Assembly (NCBI RefSeq): GCF_009914755.1
Contig: NC_060925.1
DNA from: the human T2T-CHM13v2.0 reference genome, Homo sapiens
Length of the DNA: 64,000 bases
Reading direction: 5' to 3' (one strand)
In this document: positions 42,386-56,890 of the stretch, in pieces
How the letters are laid out: each line of letters starts with the position of its first letter
How positions within the stretch are numbered: position 1 is the first letter of the stretch
Made by a program: the position numbers and the translations under genes
The notes under the pieces: model-generated
What the model was told of the DNA's origin: nothing
Database searches by the model: none
What the model saw: only the letters and a program-made list of their open reading frames with translations

Positions 42386-43700
42386 TAAAACATGTTTTTT
42401 GACCTAAAATTTTTTTTTTCCTCTAATTTTAAAAGAAATTAAAATATTTCTGTGGACCCCTAACAGTGTTGTTGACCCCAGGCACTGGCCTAACATATAA
42501 GTTGGTCTGGGTGAGAAGGAATGTGTATGGCCAACAAGATGGAGACAGGTATTCCCGGGTAAAGAGAGTAGTGTGTAGACACAGAGGTGCGAGGTGCCAG
42601 AAAATTCTAGGAACAGCAAATTGTCCTGGTGAGGGGACAGTAGGTATTTGAAGAGACTGGCAGGAGATGGAATAGGAATATCGGATGGAGACACATGACT
42701 TTGAATGCCCTGCTTGGCACATCCTTTCACTAAGGGTTTTTGCCTCTATCAGGGCCTCTGGAACAGGGTTCAAAGGTTGTTGGTGAGAGGGGCAGACTCC
42801 TGGACCTCAACTCCAGAAGCTCTGCCAGGAATGTGGTAGGTGTCCCAACTCTAGGGACTCCTCACACTGGCTAGGACATGGTTGGGGGTGAGGGGTGTAA
42901 GTGAGAATCCTGGCTGGCTCCCTTTGTCTCTCCACGGTGCAACATGGGGTTCCTTTGGGGTTCCTTTGGGGAGACATCTTCTGGATTGCCTCATTGGGGC
43001 TGGTCTCTTGCTGATTGTGGGTGTGGATGTGGGGGTTCCTGCTCCTGGGACATCTCAGTTGGCCGTAGCTTGACTGATGCCATGGTAAGCAGAGATTCTC
43101 CAGGAAGTTATCTTCTCCAGCTGGGGCCCCTGAAGCTCTCAGGATTCTCCAACTGCAACCTGCCAGCTTGTCACCTCCAGTAGTAAGATTTTCTTCATGC
43201 TGGTTCAGTACTTTGTGAATATTCACAAAAGTCCCAGTGGGGTAGAGCAGGGATTACGCCCCTGGCTTACAGATGAGGAAGAGAAGTGACTCCCAAGAGC
43301 ACACAGAGTGAGTGCACGGACAGATAAGATTTGAACTCATGTTGGTCTCATTCCAAAGCCCAGCATCACCACTGAGAACAGGTGTGAGTGGGGGCAGAGC
43401 TGGGGGCTGTGAACCTAAGGGAGATGTGGCGCCACAGGGAACCCCCTTCTCCTGCAGATGCCCCTGACCTCCAGCCCCAGGGCCATCAGCCCTGCCAATG
43501 AGGAGTGTGAGGCCTGCAGGGTAGAGTCAGAGGGTTTAAATCATAGACTCCTAGAGTCAGGACAGACCAAGAGGTCTTCTGACCTGGCCTGTGTCCATCA
43601 GCAAACTCTTACAGGTGTCTTTACAGGCGCCACATTGGGCCCTGGGTGTGTAGAAAAGGCTCTGACACTTCTCACCCCTCCAGGGACTCATGGTCCAGAG

Positions 43701-43897
43701 CATGGTTTCTCTGCTTAGTACTGTTGACACTTTGGCTGCATAATTCCTGGGGGCACTGTGCATTGTAGGATGTGTAGCCGCATCTCTGGCCTCTACCCAC
43801 TAGATGCCAGTAACATCCCCATAGTTGTGACAACCAAAGATGTCTGCAGACATTGCCAAATAGTCCCTGTCAGATTCCTCTTAGTCGAGAAGCACTG
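43701..43897 (+). mobile_element. MER20 (hAT-Charlie)
   Basis: ctggcctctacccactagatgccagta ... gttgtgacaaccaaagatgtctgcagacattgccaaat. Confidence 0.88.
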
Positions 43898-44639
43898 GCT
43901 TAGGGAGAGGGGCAAGCCAACATATCCACACAGAGCTGAGCATCCTGCAGCTGGGCAAGACAGGAGGAGCTCTGGGGAATGGGGCCTGCCGGGGGGAAGG
44001 CCATTTCCCGATGGATTTGGGATCCAATCTCAGCATCCCTGTTCTTTTCTCCGTGACTTGGCTCCTCTGGTGGAAGCAGCTTCTGCTCTGGGAGGCTAGC
44101 CATGCTGCTTTGATCAGTCTGGCATTCTGTGCCCTGGATTCGTCTCTTGGTCTTGCTATGGCAAGAGCTGGTGCCCAGTCAGCTTTCATGCGTGTTAAGA
44201 AAGGCTCTGCTTGTTCCTTGGGATAGCCCTCTAAAAGCTGACTGGGTGGCCACTTAAATACTGTGCTTATTCAAAGAACAATACTTCAAGCAAGTGCTTC
44301 AGCATAAGTACCTCCAGGTCCCCCACTCCACGGAAGCTGCAGTGTGGGAAGACAGCTCTGCAGCTCTCAGCCTGGAGACTGGGTTCTCCTGGATCTTGCC
44401 TTTAGCAGTGACAAGACCCGGGCAGAAGTCCTTCGATCCACAGAGCTTCCACTTCCTTATCCATGAAGGGCATGGCCATCCCTTCCCTGTCTTCTCACAG
44501 TGTCCTGGGGTAACATTTATTATTTCACAGGAAAAGATATTGTAAATGGAAAAGTATCATACATGTTACCTATCTTCTGAGTTTCCAAGTGGCATTGGGG
44601 GTCAGAGTTTTTTCTTTCTTTTAAAAATTATTATTTGAA

Positions 44640-44970
44640 TAGTCATTCACACATTTAACAAATGTTTACTGAGCTCCCACTATATGCCAAGAAGTCAGCA
44701 ATGAGCACATCAAATGGGAGGAGATAATAAATGAGTGAATTACATTCAGTGTAGTAGGTGAGATGGTCACAAAGGCTGAGGGGAAAGAAGCAGTCATGTG
44801 GAGGAGGATGGATATTGAAATTTTAGATAGGGAACACCCCTTTGGAAGGTGCTATTTGAGTAAAAACCCAAAGGCAGTGAGGGAGCAGGTTATGCAAGTG
44901 TTATTACAGGCAGAGGGAACAGCAAACACCACACCCAGGGTGTTCAGGAACAGTGAGAAGGCCAGTGGTG
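44640..44970 (-). mobile_element. L2a fragment
   Basis: tcattcacacatttaacaaatgtttactgag ... caggcagagggaacagca. Confidence 0.7.
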
Positions 44971-45352
44971 GGTGGTGGGTGGTGGGAAGGGGACAGGGCA
45001 GGAAGTGAGGTTGGTGGGTGGAGAAGGAGGAGAAAGGTTGTCGAGGGGGCAGGGGTAAAGGAAGGCAGGTCATGGTGGGGACTTCGGCTTTTAACCTGGG
45101 TTTGGAGGCTTGTGGGGGGTTCTGAGTGGAGAAGAGATGAGACAGTTCCGGCCATGGCATGTAGGACAGACCTATTGACACCAACCATGTGTTTCAGGAG
45201 TCACAAAATTTGTTAATAATCCTCCCAAGAACCCAGTAAGAAAGTTAATCCTGCATTGCAGCTAGTTCAGGGACTTGTTCCTGGAGGGGACATAGGGATG
45301 GCCCAGCTGTGTCCTTGATAGAGCCAGGACTTGGTCCCCAGTCTGTCGGGCA

Positions 45353-45395
45353 CCCTAAACCCTAAACCTAACCCTAACCCTAACCCTAACCCTAA
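45353..45395 (-). repeat. Short interstitial telomeric sequence (TTAGGG)n
   Basis: ccctaaa ccctaaa cctaa (ccctaa)4 on the + strand. Confidence 0.9.
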
Positions 45396-45564
45396 AAAGC
45401 TCCTGGTGTTTCCACTAGGCCACTTCACTGCCTGTTGTCAGACCTGTCCCATCCTAAATCCTTATTGAAGCAAACGAAAAAGTCTCTCTGTGATTTAAGA
45501 TGACCTCTGTCCTACCAAAGAGTTATTGTTGAAGACTTGCCTCTTTTTAAAAAACTATTTAAAA

Positions 45565-45979
<415 letters not shown>

Positions 45980-48900
45980 TTTACTAATCTCTTACGTGTC
46001 AACTGTCACTCCACCCAGATGTTCACTTGGACTGGAGGTTGGTATGGGAGGTAGAAAAAGCTTGCTGGAATCAGGAGGCCTGAGCTCTGGTTTGGACTCT
46101 AACACATCATTGCTGCTTCACCTTTTCAGTTTCTCTGTCTTCAAAATCCCCTGCTCTGCCCGCCCTTCTCAAGGTGACAGTGAGGACCCCGAGGCAGAGG
46201 AGGGTTGGGAGAGCTCTGGGAGGAGAGGGGAACCCTGGATCGCACCTTCCTCCTCTACCAGGCTGCAGTGGGGGCTGAGTGCCCCTAGGTGGTGCAGTTT
46301 TCCCAGGCTGAGCTCCCAGCAGCTGCTGCCAAAGGGGGCTGGAAGATCTGGGGGAGACAGAGGGGCAAAAGTGATACCGAAGCCCAATAAAGTGGAAGTT
46401 TGAGGTAAAAGCCTGCACTGAGGATTCCTGCTGCTCCTCCGATGGGCACTATGGGGATTAGTGATGCAGGGCCCTCTGGCTGCCCTGGCCACCAGATTCT
46501 GCTGTGGGATGTTGGCTGCAGTCCCTGGAGTTGTGGTATGAAGGCCAGGGGTGTATACAGTGTAGCGCCCACTCTTTCACAGATGAGGAAGTGGAAGGCT
46601 AGAGAGTGGGGGGCTTGCCCAGTCACCGTGGGGGCAGGGATAGCTGCTGTGGAGCTGGGCTGTCTGCGGAGGAGTTGCTCCCTGGCAGGACCCTCTGTAG
46701 ACAGCATGTAGTGCCGCAGCTTTGATTTTGGTCAATTTCTCCTAGCTGGTGGCCCACCCCTCTCTGGCATCTCCTTTTGGGCTTGCCCTCCTTCCCGCTC
46801 CGTGGACACTCTCAGGAAAGGCCAAAGGAGCAGTCATTTGCTTCTCATATAAAGAGCTGTGTCCCAGGGCAGTGGAAGAACGCCGCGCAAGGGTCAGGAG
46901 ACGTGGGTGTTCGGAGGCTCTGTCGCTACATAGGGCCCATGGCTCTTCTCTCTCTGGCCTTGCTTCCCTTATCTGTAAAGTGGGGTGGGCAGGAAAGAGA
47001 AGGTTGGAGAAGGAGAGGGCTGGGCTGGATAGCCCCAAGGTCACTTTCTAGCGTGGACATTCTGAGTAGCACTTGAAGCTTCCCTTCTGTTCATCAGGGG
47101 ACAGGTGGGGGAAGGAAAGGCTTCAGTTCTCTCATTTAAAAAACACAAGGGAGTGGACGAGATGATGTGTCATTCTGGCTCTGACATCCGGCTCAGCGAA
47201 ACTGAGAGGCAGTCATCAAGGCCAGAACCAGCCCCTTGGAGCTGCCCACACTTGATGGCACCTGTCTTGGGAGGTGCAGACCTGCTTCCCTCAAGGTGGA
47301 CCGGCATGCCCCCCAGCGAGACCGGCCTCCTTCCGAGCTGGCTCCTGAGCCACTGCAGAAGTTCTTCCTCCCCTGTAGAGCTGAAGCCCATCTGCACATC
47401 CAAAGGGTGTTCCTTCCCGGGCTTCATTACTAACAGGCTGCCTCCCTGGCCAGATGAGCCTCTCGGGGACCTTGGGCTCTTTCCAAAATCAAATCTTCCT
47501 TCAAAGAAAGTAAGAGATTGGTCACCATGGAGGAAATTCAGAGAATGACAGCTGGAGGATTGAGGGGAAGGGGAGAGAACACCCACTTATTGTCAGCCAG
47601 CCATGCGATAGGCACCACTCAGTCCCCTTCCTGTATATTAACTCAGTTCATCCTATCAACCAGGAATTTATTATGATCATCCCCTGTTTGCAGATAAAGA
47701 ACCACTGAGGATATGAGTTATTCTTCCTACAGTTGTACAGCTTGTGAACAGTAGAGCTGGGGTCCGAGCCAGGTCTCTGACTCTGCAGCCTACCCTTGTC
47801 CTGCTTGAACACACTGAGGAAGACAGGAATAACAGGACATGGGTCAGAAGGCTTGGCTTCTGCTCCAGCTTTGAAGTTGAAGGATTAGGTGACAGCTAAC
47901 ACTTGATAGTATTTTATGGTTTCAAAGTGATAACCATGTAATATTTTAATTGATTCTCAGCCCATTTTGTAGATGAGGAAACTGAGGCTCACAGATCTGA
48001 TGACTTCCTAATTGTGGCAAACTACCAGCTACACAGTAGCTGGGCTGGCTTCGAACCAGGTCTTTTGACCCCAGAGTCTGTGCAGCTCACAAATAAAGCT
48101 GATTCTTTGACAAGTTAAGCCTCTTCTCTTGGATTCATTTTTCCAGTCTGTGAAAATGAGGGATTGGATTAGATTAGTAGGCAATCACTAGTTCCCAGGC
48201 CCTTTTATTTAAAGAAAAAAAGGAGAACCCATAGAGTCTGGCAACTTAAACTTTTGCTAAGTATGAACACTTAAAAAAAAAAAGAACATTTTGTCTTCAA
48301 AAAGCTAGGGGGATATTATCTCAGTGTAGTGGGGAGAAAAAAAATAGTAACTGAGAACACAATTCCTCTTAGGAATTAAGTGAGCTGTGTTTAGCATAAC
48401 ACTTTGATGAACCATTGTGGTTGTACCAAACTGCTCTCTGGGTCTGGCTGGAGCGGGCCAGAAGGGAAATGGAACTAGAATAATTCTCTGCAAAAGAATT
48501 GATTTGCAGTGGGGATTTGGAAGGCTGAGCAAGCTAGTGACATGAAGAGGAGATGCTGAAGGAAAGTCCAGATCCAGGGCAGGGATGAGAGTCCCAGAGA
48601 CGAGCAGCAAATGTTCTTCAGGTGGGAGGCAGAGAATGAGCAAAGGGCCCTAGGGAGAGGAAGGTCTGGTATTCCATTTCCACAGGGAGGTGTCTGCTTT
48701 CCTGGTGTCAGTCAACCTGTGGATACTCTGGCTCTCTTGTCAAAGTGCCCTTGCACAGTGCAGGAGCTTAGTGAATGCAACCTTGGCAGTGTAAGTTTAG
48801 GGAGCCCTTGGTTAGGAATCATCCAGATCTGGCAGACCCGAGTTTGAGGCCCATCTCCATCATTTGGAAGTTCTATGAACTCTTTAATCTTCAGTTTCCT

Positions 48901-50519
48901 TCTCTGAAATGGATATAATACTCCGCACCTAGAAGGCTGATACAAGAAATAAGTGCGACCATGGACTTAGTACTTGGTGCTCAAGCCTTCAGTAAACAGC
49001 TACTTAGCTGCCTGTTACTATTAATCATGGTTATTTGGATATTCACAATTTTACTTACTGTGGCAAGCTTGTAGGAGGTTTTTGTTCTGTTTGGGAAGCG
49101 GGGTGGCTTTTGCTGCTGTTAATTCAGTGCAGGATCGGGCAGGAGTATCATCTGGAAGGGAAGGGAAATGGGTGGGGTACTAAATTCAACACCCTCAGCC
49201 CTTTCAACACTGCCAACACCAACCTCAGCCCTTTCTATGTTTTCAAGGCTGAGCACTGTCTACATCTGAGAATCTGCTTCCTTGGAAATGACAGCATATC
49301 CTTCCAGGGCTAAGCTCAGAGGGCAGATCTCCTGCCAAGGACAAGCTGAGGGCCAGTGGGGTGGGGGAAGACACAGGGAAGAGGAGGGAGAGTGAGTAGG
49401 AGGAGGTGTGAAGAGGAAGGAAAAGTGCTTCCAGGAACTGACAATCACTCACAGAAGCAGAGGGAGGTGCGTGTGTGCATGCACATATTTGCACCCACAT
49501 AAATATGTAATCACAAGCATGCATCAGGTAGCAGGTGCATGCGACGTGTATGTGTAGGTGTGACTGTGTGTGACTGAGTGTGCGAGCCTGTCCATGTATA
49601 AGCATGTCAGTGTGTGACTCTGCCTGTAAGCGGTTGGCTCTGTGTGTGTGTTTTTGAGAAGTTCATATGTACATGTACCTCAGGTAAGCTTGGGCGTGCT
49701 GGACTGGAGTGTGGGGTTGGCTCTGTGACTCTCTGAGTGACAGTGAGAGGAGGCTTCTGTCCTGTAAGAGTATCTTGGCAGCACTCAGGGTGTATGTGTG
49801 CCCCTAATGCATGTGGGATGTCTAAAAGCAGGGACCTTCTACAGCTTCTTTGGGGAGACCCAGACCCCTCACCCCACCCCACAGCAAACTATGTCTCCCT
49901 TCCAGGTCCATACCAGCCCCACCACTGACACCTCCTGCTGGCTGCTGGCCTGGACAGTGGGGTGGGGAGGAGAAAGGGAGGAATGGAAGGAGTGAGAGGA
50001 GTGACCAGCCTCCTAGCCCCAACCCTTGGTGCTGCCAGGGAAACATCCTCCTCCCACCCCCCATCCCCCAATCACCGTGATTCCTGCTGTGAGGGAGATA
50101 GGAACCCTCCGTTTCCATGGCAACATAGCAGCCCTGCTTCTCAGCCTGAGCCCAGGCTCCTCTGAGCCATGGAAGTAGTGGGAAGAAAGCCCCTCCTCAG
50201 GTTTTTGAGCCCCCACCAAGTGCCCTCACCTGTATACTCCCTACCCCTACCCCAAATATCCCCCACGCTTCTGTAATATTCATGACCCTGCTGGGACTCC
50301 TGAGCGCACACCCACCACTGCCTCCACTCCCAGGGTCTGGGGACTGGTCTTGTAGGCAGGAAAGACCACATGTGAGTTTGAGCCCTGGAGAGTGGCAGGA
50401 TGGAGTTGAATTCCAGTCTTCACCTGTAAAATGGTACTAACATTACTACCTCTCAGGGTTCTTGTGAGAGGCAAATAAGACGGTGCTGTGGAGGTGCTTT
50501 GTAAATTCAGGGTACGGGA

Positions 50520-51015
50520 TGGGTGGGTGTGTCATGCACTGATGAAATGTAAATTGACTCTGCTTCTTTGAAGGGGCAACCCTCCCTCATGACTTCACTT
50601 CCGGTTCTCTCCCATAGAAACACACATGTGCTCAGAGAGGCTCACATGGGATTATTTGTTGCAGGCTGCTCTGAAATAGTGAAACTTGGAAACAACCCCA
50701 ATGCCCACCAATGGAGAAGCAGTTAAAAGAGTCATGGTGCATCCATAGACCTACAGCTCTTAAAAAAGGCATCTATGTGTGCTGATGGGGCACACGCACT
50801 AAGACACGTTTCTAAGTGAAAAAAATCAAGTTGAAGAATAGATACAGTATGATCCTATCTATTAGGCATGGTTTTTAGCATGTGAGTACATGTATGGTCA
50901 GGCCAGACTGTTGGCAGTGGGAATGGGACTGGGGAGCAAGGCAGTGAAGGGGAACTTTGATTTTTTTCTTCTATGTGTCTGTCATCTGCTTGCTTATATA
51001 GCAAATGTAATTGAA
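50520..51015 (+). mobile_element. Old L1ME 3' fragment
   Basis: ttggaaacaaccccaatgccca, ctaagtgaaaaaaatcaagttg. Confidence 0.65.
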
Positions 51016-51022
51016 AAGTTCT

Positions 51023-51322
51023 GGCCAGGCATGGTGGCTCACACTTTTAATCCCAGCACTCTGGGATGCTGAGGCAGGTGGATCATTTGAGGCCGGGAGT
51101 TCAAGACCAGCCTGGCCAACATGGCGAAAACCCATCTGTACTAAAAATATAAAAATTAGCCGGGCGTGATGGCACGAACCTGTACTCCCGGCTACTTGTG
51201 AGGTTGAGGCACGAGAATTGCTTGAGCTGGAGAGGCAGAGGTTGCAGTGAGCTGAGATAGCACCATTGCACTCCAGCCTGGATGACAGAGTGAGGCTCTA
51301 TAAAAACAAACAAACAGACAAA
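51023..51322 (+). mobile_element. AluS
   Basis: Full dimer with (CAAA)n tail; TSD aaaa(g/c)ttct. Confidence 0.9.
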
Positions 51323-52124
51323 ACTTCTGTGTCACTATTGTTATAGTTGATGAGAGAAAACATACAGGAGACAATCGGAGAACAGGGCAAGAGAGTATAG
51401 AATCTAGTACCAGAAAAGCTTGGAGGAGAGAGGGGGAAAGTCAAGAGAGCTTCCAGGAGGAGGAGAAAGGTGAGCTAGATCTCAGAGGATGAGGAGAACT
51501 CAGAGACTTGAAGCACAGAGGAGGGCAGTCCAAACAAAAGTGAAAACTTGGAAGTGAGGAAGTGCGCTCCAGGCAGGGAGGCTTGGAGGTAGAAGAAAGA
51601 GCAGAGGTCTTGGCATCAGATGCCTAGGGGCTGATTCCCATCTTGGCCACATCCTGAAGCTACAGTTCTGGGTAAATCACTTGCATTGTCAGTGTCCTCA
51701 TCTGGAAATGGGATAATAGTGCATATCTCACTAGATGGTTGTGAAGATTGGTTGATGTCGGTATAGAGGAAACCGTAAGATATCATATAGATGTGAATTT
51801 ACTGTTGTTGGTTTCTCCCAGGGGACAATGAGGCACAGACATGACTATAGTCTACCTATTTGCCAATGCTTGGTGAACGCTAGTCAACCCTTTACCGATC
51901 TGGTCAGGTTCAGGCCCACGCTCAAGGTGCTGGGAGATACAGAGCCAGCATGGATTCTTCAGCAAGGGAGGGAAGAGAAGATCTAAAAATGACAAAAACC
52001 CTTGATTAGGACCCACATTATGCCAATCATGAGCTGGGTATTTTAATGTATTTATTCAATCTTCTCAGGTACTTTATGAGATGACTGTGCCTATTTTTCA
52101 GGTAAGGAAAAAAATTCAGAGAAA

Positions 52125-53530
52125 TTCATTCATTCATTCATTCACCAAATACTCATTGAACAGCTTCCATGGCAGACACCATTCTGGTTGTTGAGTGAAG
52201 GAAAATCCCTCCCCTCATGCAGTGTACAGCCAGCCTGATAGGGGAGACAGACAATGAAACTAACAAATCTTTGAGGTTATGCCAGGTGATAATGAGTGCT
52301 TTGAAAACAAAGCTGAGAGCATGACGAGGTGGTAGGACAGGTCACTCTGACTTTTTTTTTTTTTTGAGATGAAGTTTTGCTCTTGTTGCCCAGGCTGAGT
52401 GCAGTGGCATGATCTTGGCTCACTGCAACCTCTACCTCCTGGGTTCAAGTGATTCTTCTGCCTCAGTCTCCCTAGTAGCTGGGATTGCAGGTGCCCGCCA
52501 CCACGCCCAGCTAATTTTTATATTTTTAGTAAAGATGGGGTTTCACCATGTTGGCCAGGCTGGTTTCAAATTCCAGGCCTCAGATGATTTGAGGCCAGGA
52601 GTTTGAGACCAGCCTGGCCAACATGGCGAAATCCCATCTCTACTAAAAATATAAAAATTAGCCGTCCTCCCAAAGTGCTGGGATTTCAGGCATGAGCCAC
52701 TGTGCCCGGCCATGTCACTCTGACGTCTAAGCAGGGAACTGAATGAAGCCCATGTAGACCATCCTGAGCAGAGGCATAGCCTGTGCAGAGGCGCTGGGGT
52801 GGGGGCATGCTTGCTGTAATGAGGGCTGGGTTGGGGAAGGAAAGAAGGCAGGTGTGGTAAGAGAGTGGCTGAGGTTGGAGAGAAGTGAGGGATGTGGAGG
52901 TGCATATTATATGGGACTTTGGAGGTCAAAGCTAAGACTGTGGATTTAATTCTAAATGGGTTGAGAGGTCATTGGAGGGATTTGACCAGAGGTGTGACAC
53001 CATTTCAGAGTTAGGTTTTAAAACAATCACTCTGGCCATGGAATGCAGATAAGACTGTAGGGAGCATGCATGGGAGCTGAGGGGTTAATTAGGAAGCTGC
53101 TGTACACGTCCAGGTGAGAAGAGAAAGACAGAGCACAGTGGCAGTGTGGAGGTGGTAAACAGCAGTCAGCTTTGAAATATATTTCAAAAACAGAAGCAAC
53201 AGGGTTTCCTATTGGATTGAACGTGGACTATGAGCTAAAGGGAGGAGTAAAGCATGACTCCATGACTTTGGTCCTGAGCAACTGGGTAAATGGCAGTGCC
53301 ATTTACTGAGATGGGGAGGATGGTGGAGGAGCAGGTTTGGGGGCAATTAGGATTCACTTTGATTTTGAGATGGCTTTAGACATCTAAACGGAGATGTCAG
53401 GTGGGCAGCTGGATGTATGTGATGGAATTTCAGGGGAGATGTCAGGACTGGAGCTATAAATTGGGACATTGTCAGCATATAAATGCTGTGGAAAACCATG
53501 GGATAGGATGAAATCGCCCAGGGAGAGCGT
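52125..53530 (-). mobile_element. L2a (long fragment) with nested Alu
   Basis: (TTCA)n end, ttttaaaacaatcactctggc, gagcaactgggtaaatgg, ttagacatctaaacggagatgtc. Confidence 0.8.
52352..52711 (-). mobile_element. AluSq/Sp-like with an internal inverted 78-bp Alu segment
   Basis: Reverse Alu interrupted at 52587-52664 by forward Alu sequence; TSD a(g/t)gtcactctgac. Confidence 0.9.
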
Positions 53531-53789
53531 GCAGCTGGAGGACAGAAGAGGCTCCTGGGTGCTTTGGCTTTTGTAGGTCTGGAAGATGCATCCTCTTGGG
53601 AGACTTGCCTGGCATCTCCCTGGAAAAGATGCTCTCTTCTATCTAGGCAGGGAAGCCTGTGCAGGGCAGGGGTTCTCAGAAACACTCAGGCTTATGGAAA
53701 CACATATTGCTAATCCCAGCCCCATGGGTCTAGGGAGACCACACTTTTAGGATGACTGGTCCAGCGGGAGAAGGACTTGCAGCGAGACC

Positions 53790-54010
53790 ATAGATTTTGG
53801 AGCCAGGTAGAACTGGTTTCCAAACCAGGCTGTCCCACCAATTTGCTATGTGATCTTGGGTGAGAGTGCCTGTCCCTGAGCCTCGGTGTCCTTTTCTGTA
53901 AAATGGGAACAATAATACCAATTGCTCAGGGTTATTGTGAAGGTCAAACAAATTAGCATGTTTTCAGCTTTTAGGAACAGTGCATAGACAGGTGCGGATT
54001 GGGAAATGTC
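53790..54010 (+). mobile_element. MIR SINE (preceded by a MER5 fragment at ~53670-53760)
   Basis: gctatgtgatcttggg ... tctgtaaaatgggaacaataatacc ... ttattgtgaaggtcaaa. Confidence 0.75.
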
Positions 54011-54350
54011 ACATCTATCCTCTGAAGAAGCCCTGGGGCAGGCAGGAGTGACTGGTTTCTGTCCTCTCAGATGGCTCTAGGTTGTCAGCTGGAACCCTGG
54101 TGGGGGCAGCTGGGCAGACAGATGTCCCTGTTTTGATGCCTTGTCTCAGGATAGCTCTGAGACTTGAGTCCTGGAGGGAAGTAATGTCCGGCAAGGCTGC
54201 CTCACCCCTGGGATCCTGCTGTCCCCTAAGCCCTTCTGCTGCCCACTCTGTCTCTGTCTCCATGTTCCACCACAGGACCCTTCCAGTCCTGGTTCCTGAA
54301 GAGCTCCCGATGTCCCTTCATCTCCACCTGTCTCCAGTGACCAGTGACCA

Positions 54351-54418
54351 CTTCCCCTCTTTCGCCCTCACTTCCCCTCTTTCGCCCTCACTCTCCCTCT
54401 TTTGCCCTCACTCTCCCT
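54351..54418 (+). repeat. 20-bp pyrimidine minisatellite (~3.4 copies)
   Basis: cttcccctctttcgccctca x2, then ctctccctcttttgccctca and a partial copy. Confidence 0.9.
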
Positions 54419-55199
54419 TCCTGGACCTTGTCACTCAGCTTCCCTAGAAAGGGAGTGTGGCCTGACCACAAGAACCTGGCCAGGAGTCAGGCAGATGAGG
54501 GTCCAGCTGCCAGGGACAGGAGCAAGCTGTCATCTCCATGGCCCAGCAAAATGGGGGTGATACGTGCCTGCCTGAGGGTCAGTGGGGGCCAGCGGGAGAC
54601 AGCGTGTGCAAAAGCACTCAATTTCCAGCAGGGATGCGATACATGCTCCTTTCTTTTCCTCCTGTTCTCCACTCTCTCCCCACCACATGCCAAGAGCCTC
54701 CCTCTCCCATGGCTGCAGAGCCAGCCCAGGTCTGGATGCGCCAAGAGGAGAGAGGAGGCTGCCTCCACCCTCCCCGCTGTTGCTATTTAATGCCGCTAAC
54801 AATGGATTCATTAACTGGGATTAATCTCATATACCAGCTCTCTATCCCCTTGGCTATTAATCACTCACTTCATTAACAGGACAGCATTAGCCAACCTGGG
54901 AGCCAAGACATGGTGCCCATACCAAGTACCTGTGTCTGCACCTCCTCATCTTTCCTCCTCACTGGTCCATCTTCTCCCTGCCTTTCTGCCTCTGGCCCGG
55001 TTCCTGTTGCAATCAGGCAGACACACGTGCCTCTCTCCCCATGTTTGCCACTGTGGCCTTGCTTCTGCCTCTGATGCCTTCTAAGCATCTGTTTCTCTTT
55101 TTCCTCCTAGCTGGAGCCTAACACGTAGTAGGGTCTCTTTACAGGCTGGCTGAACAAAGCACTAAGAGATACAAATAAGGAGATGCCAATTCCAGGAGG

Positions 55200-56890
<1,691 letters not shown>

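Noticed and set aside
49470-49820. GT/CA-rich degenerate tract (similar one at ~58060-58340)
   Set aside because: Decayed low-complexity dinucleotide sequence without a defined unit.
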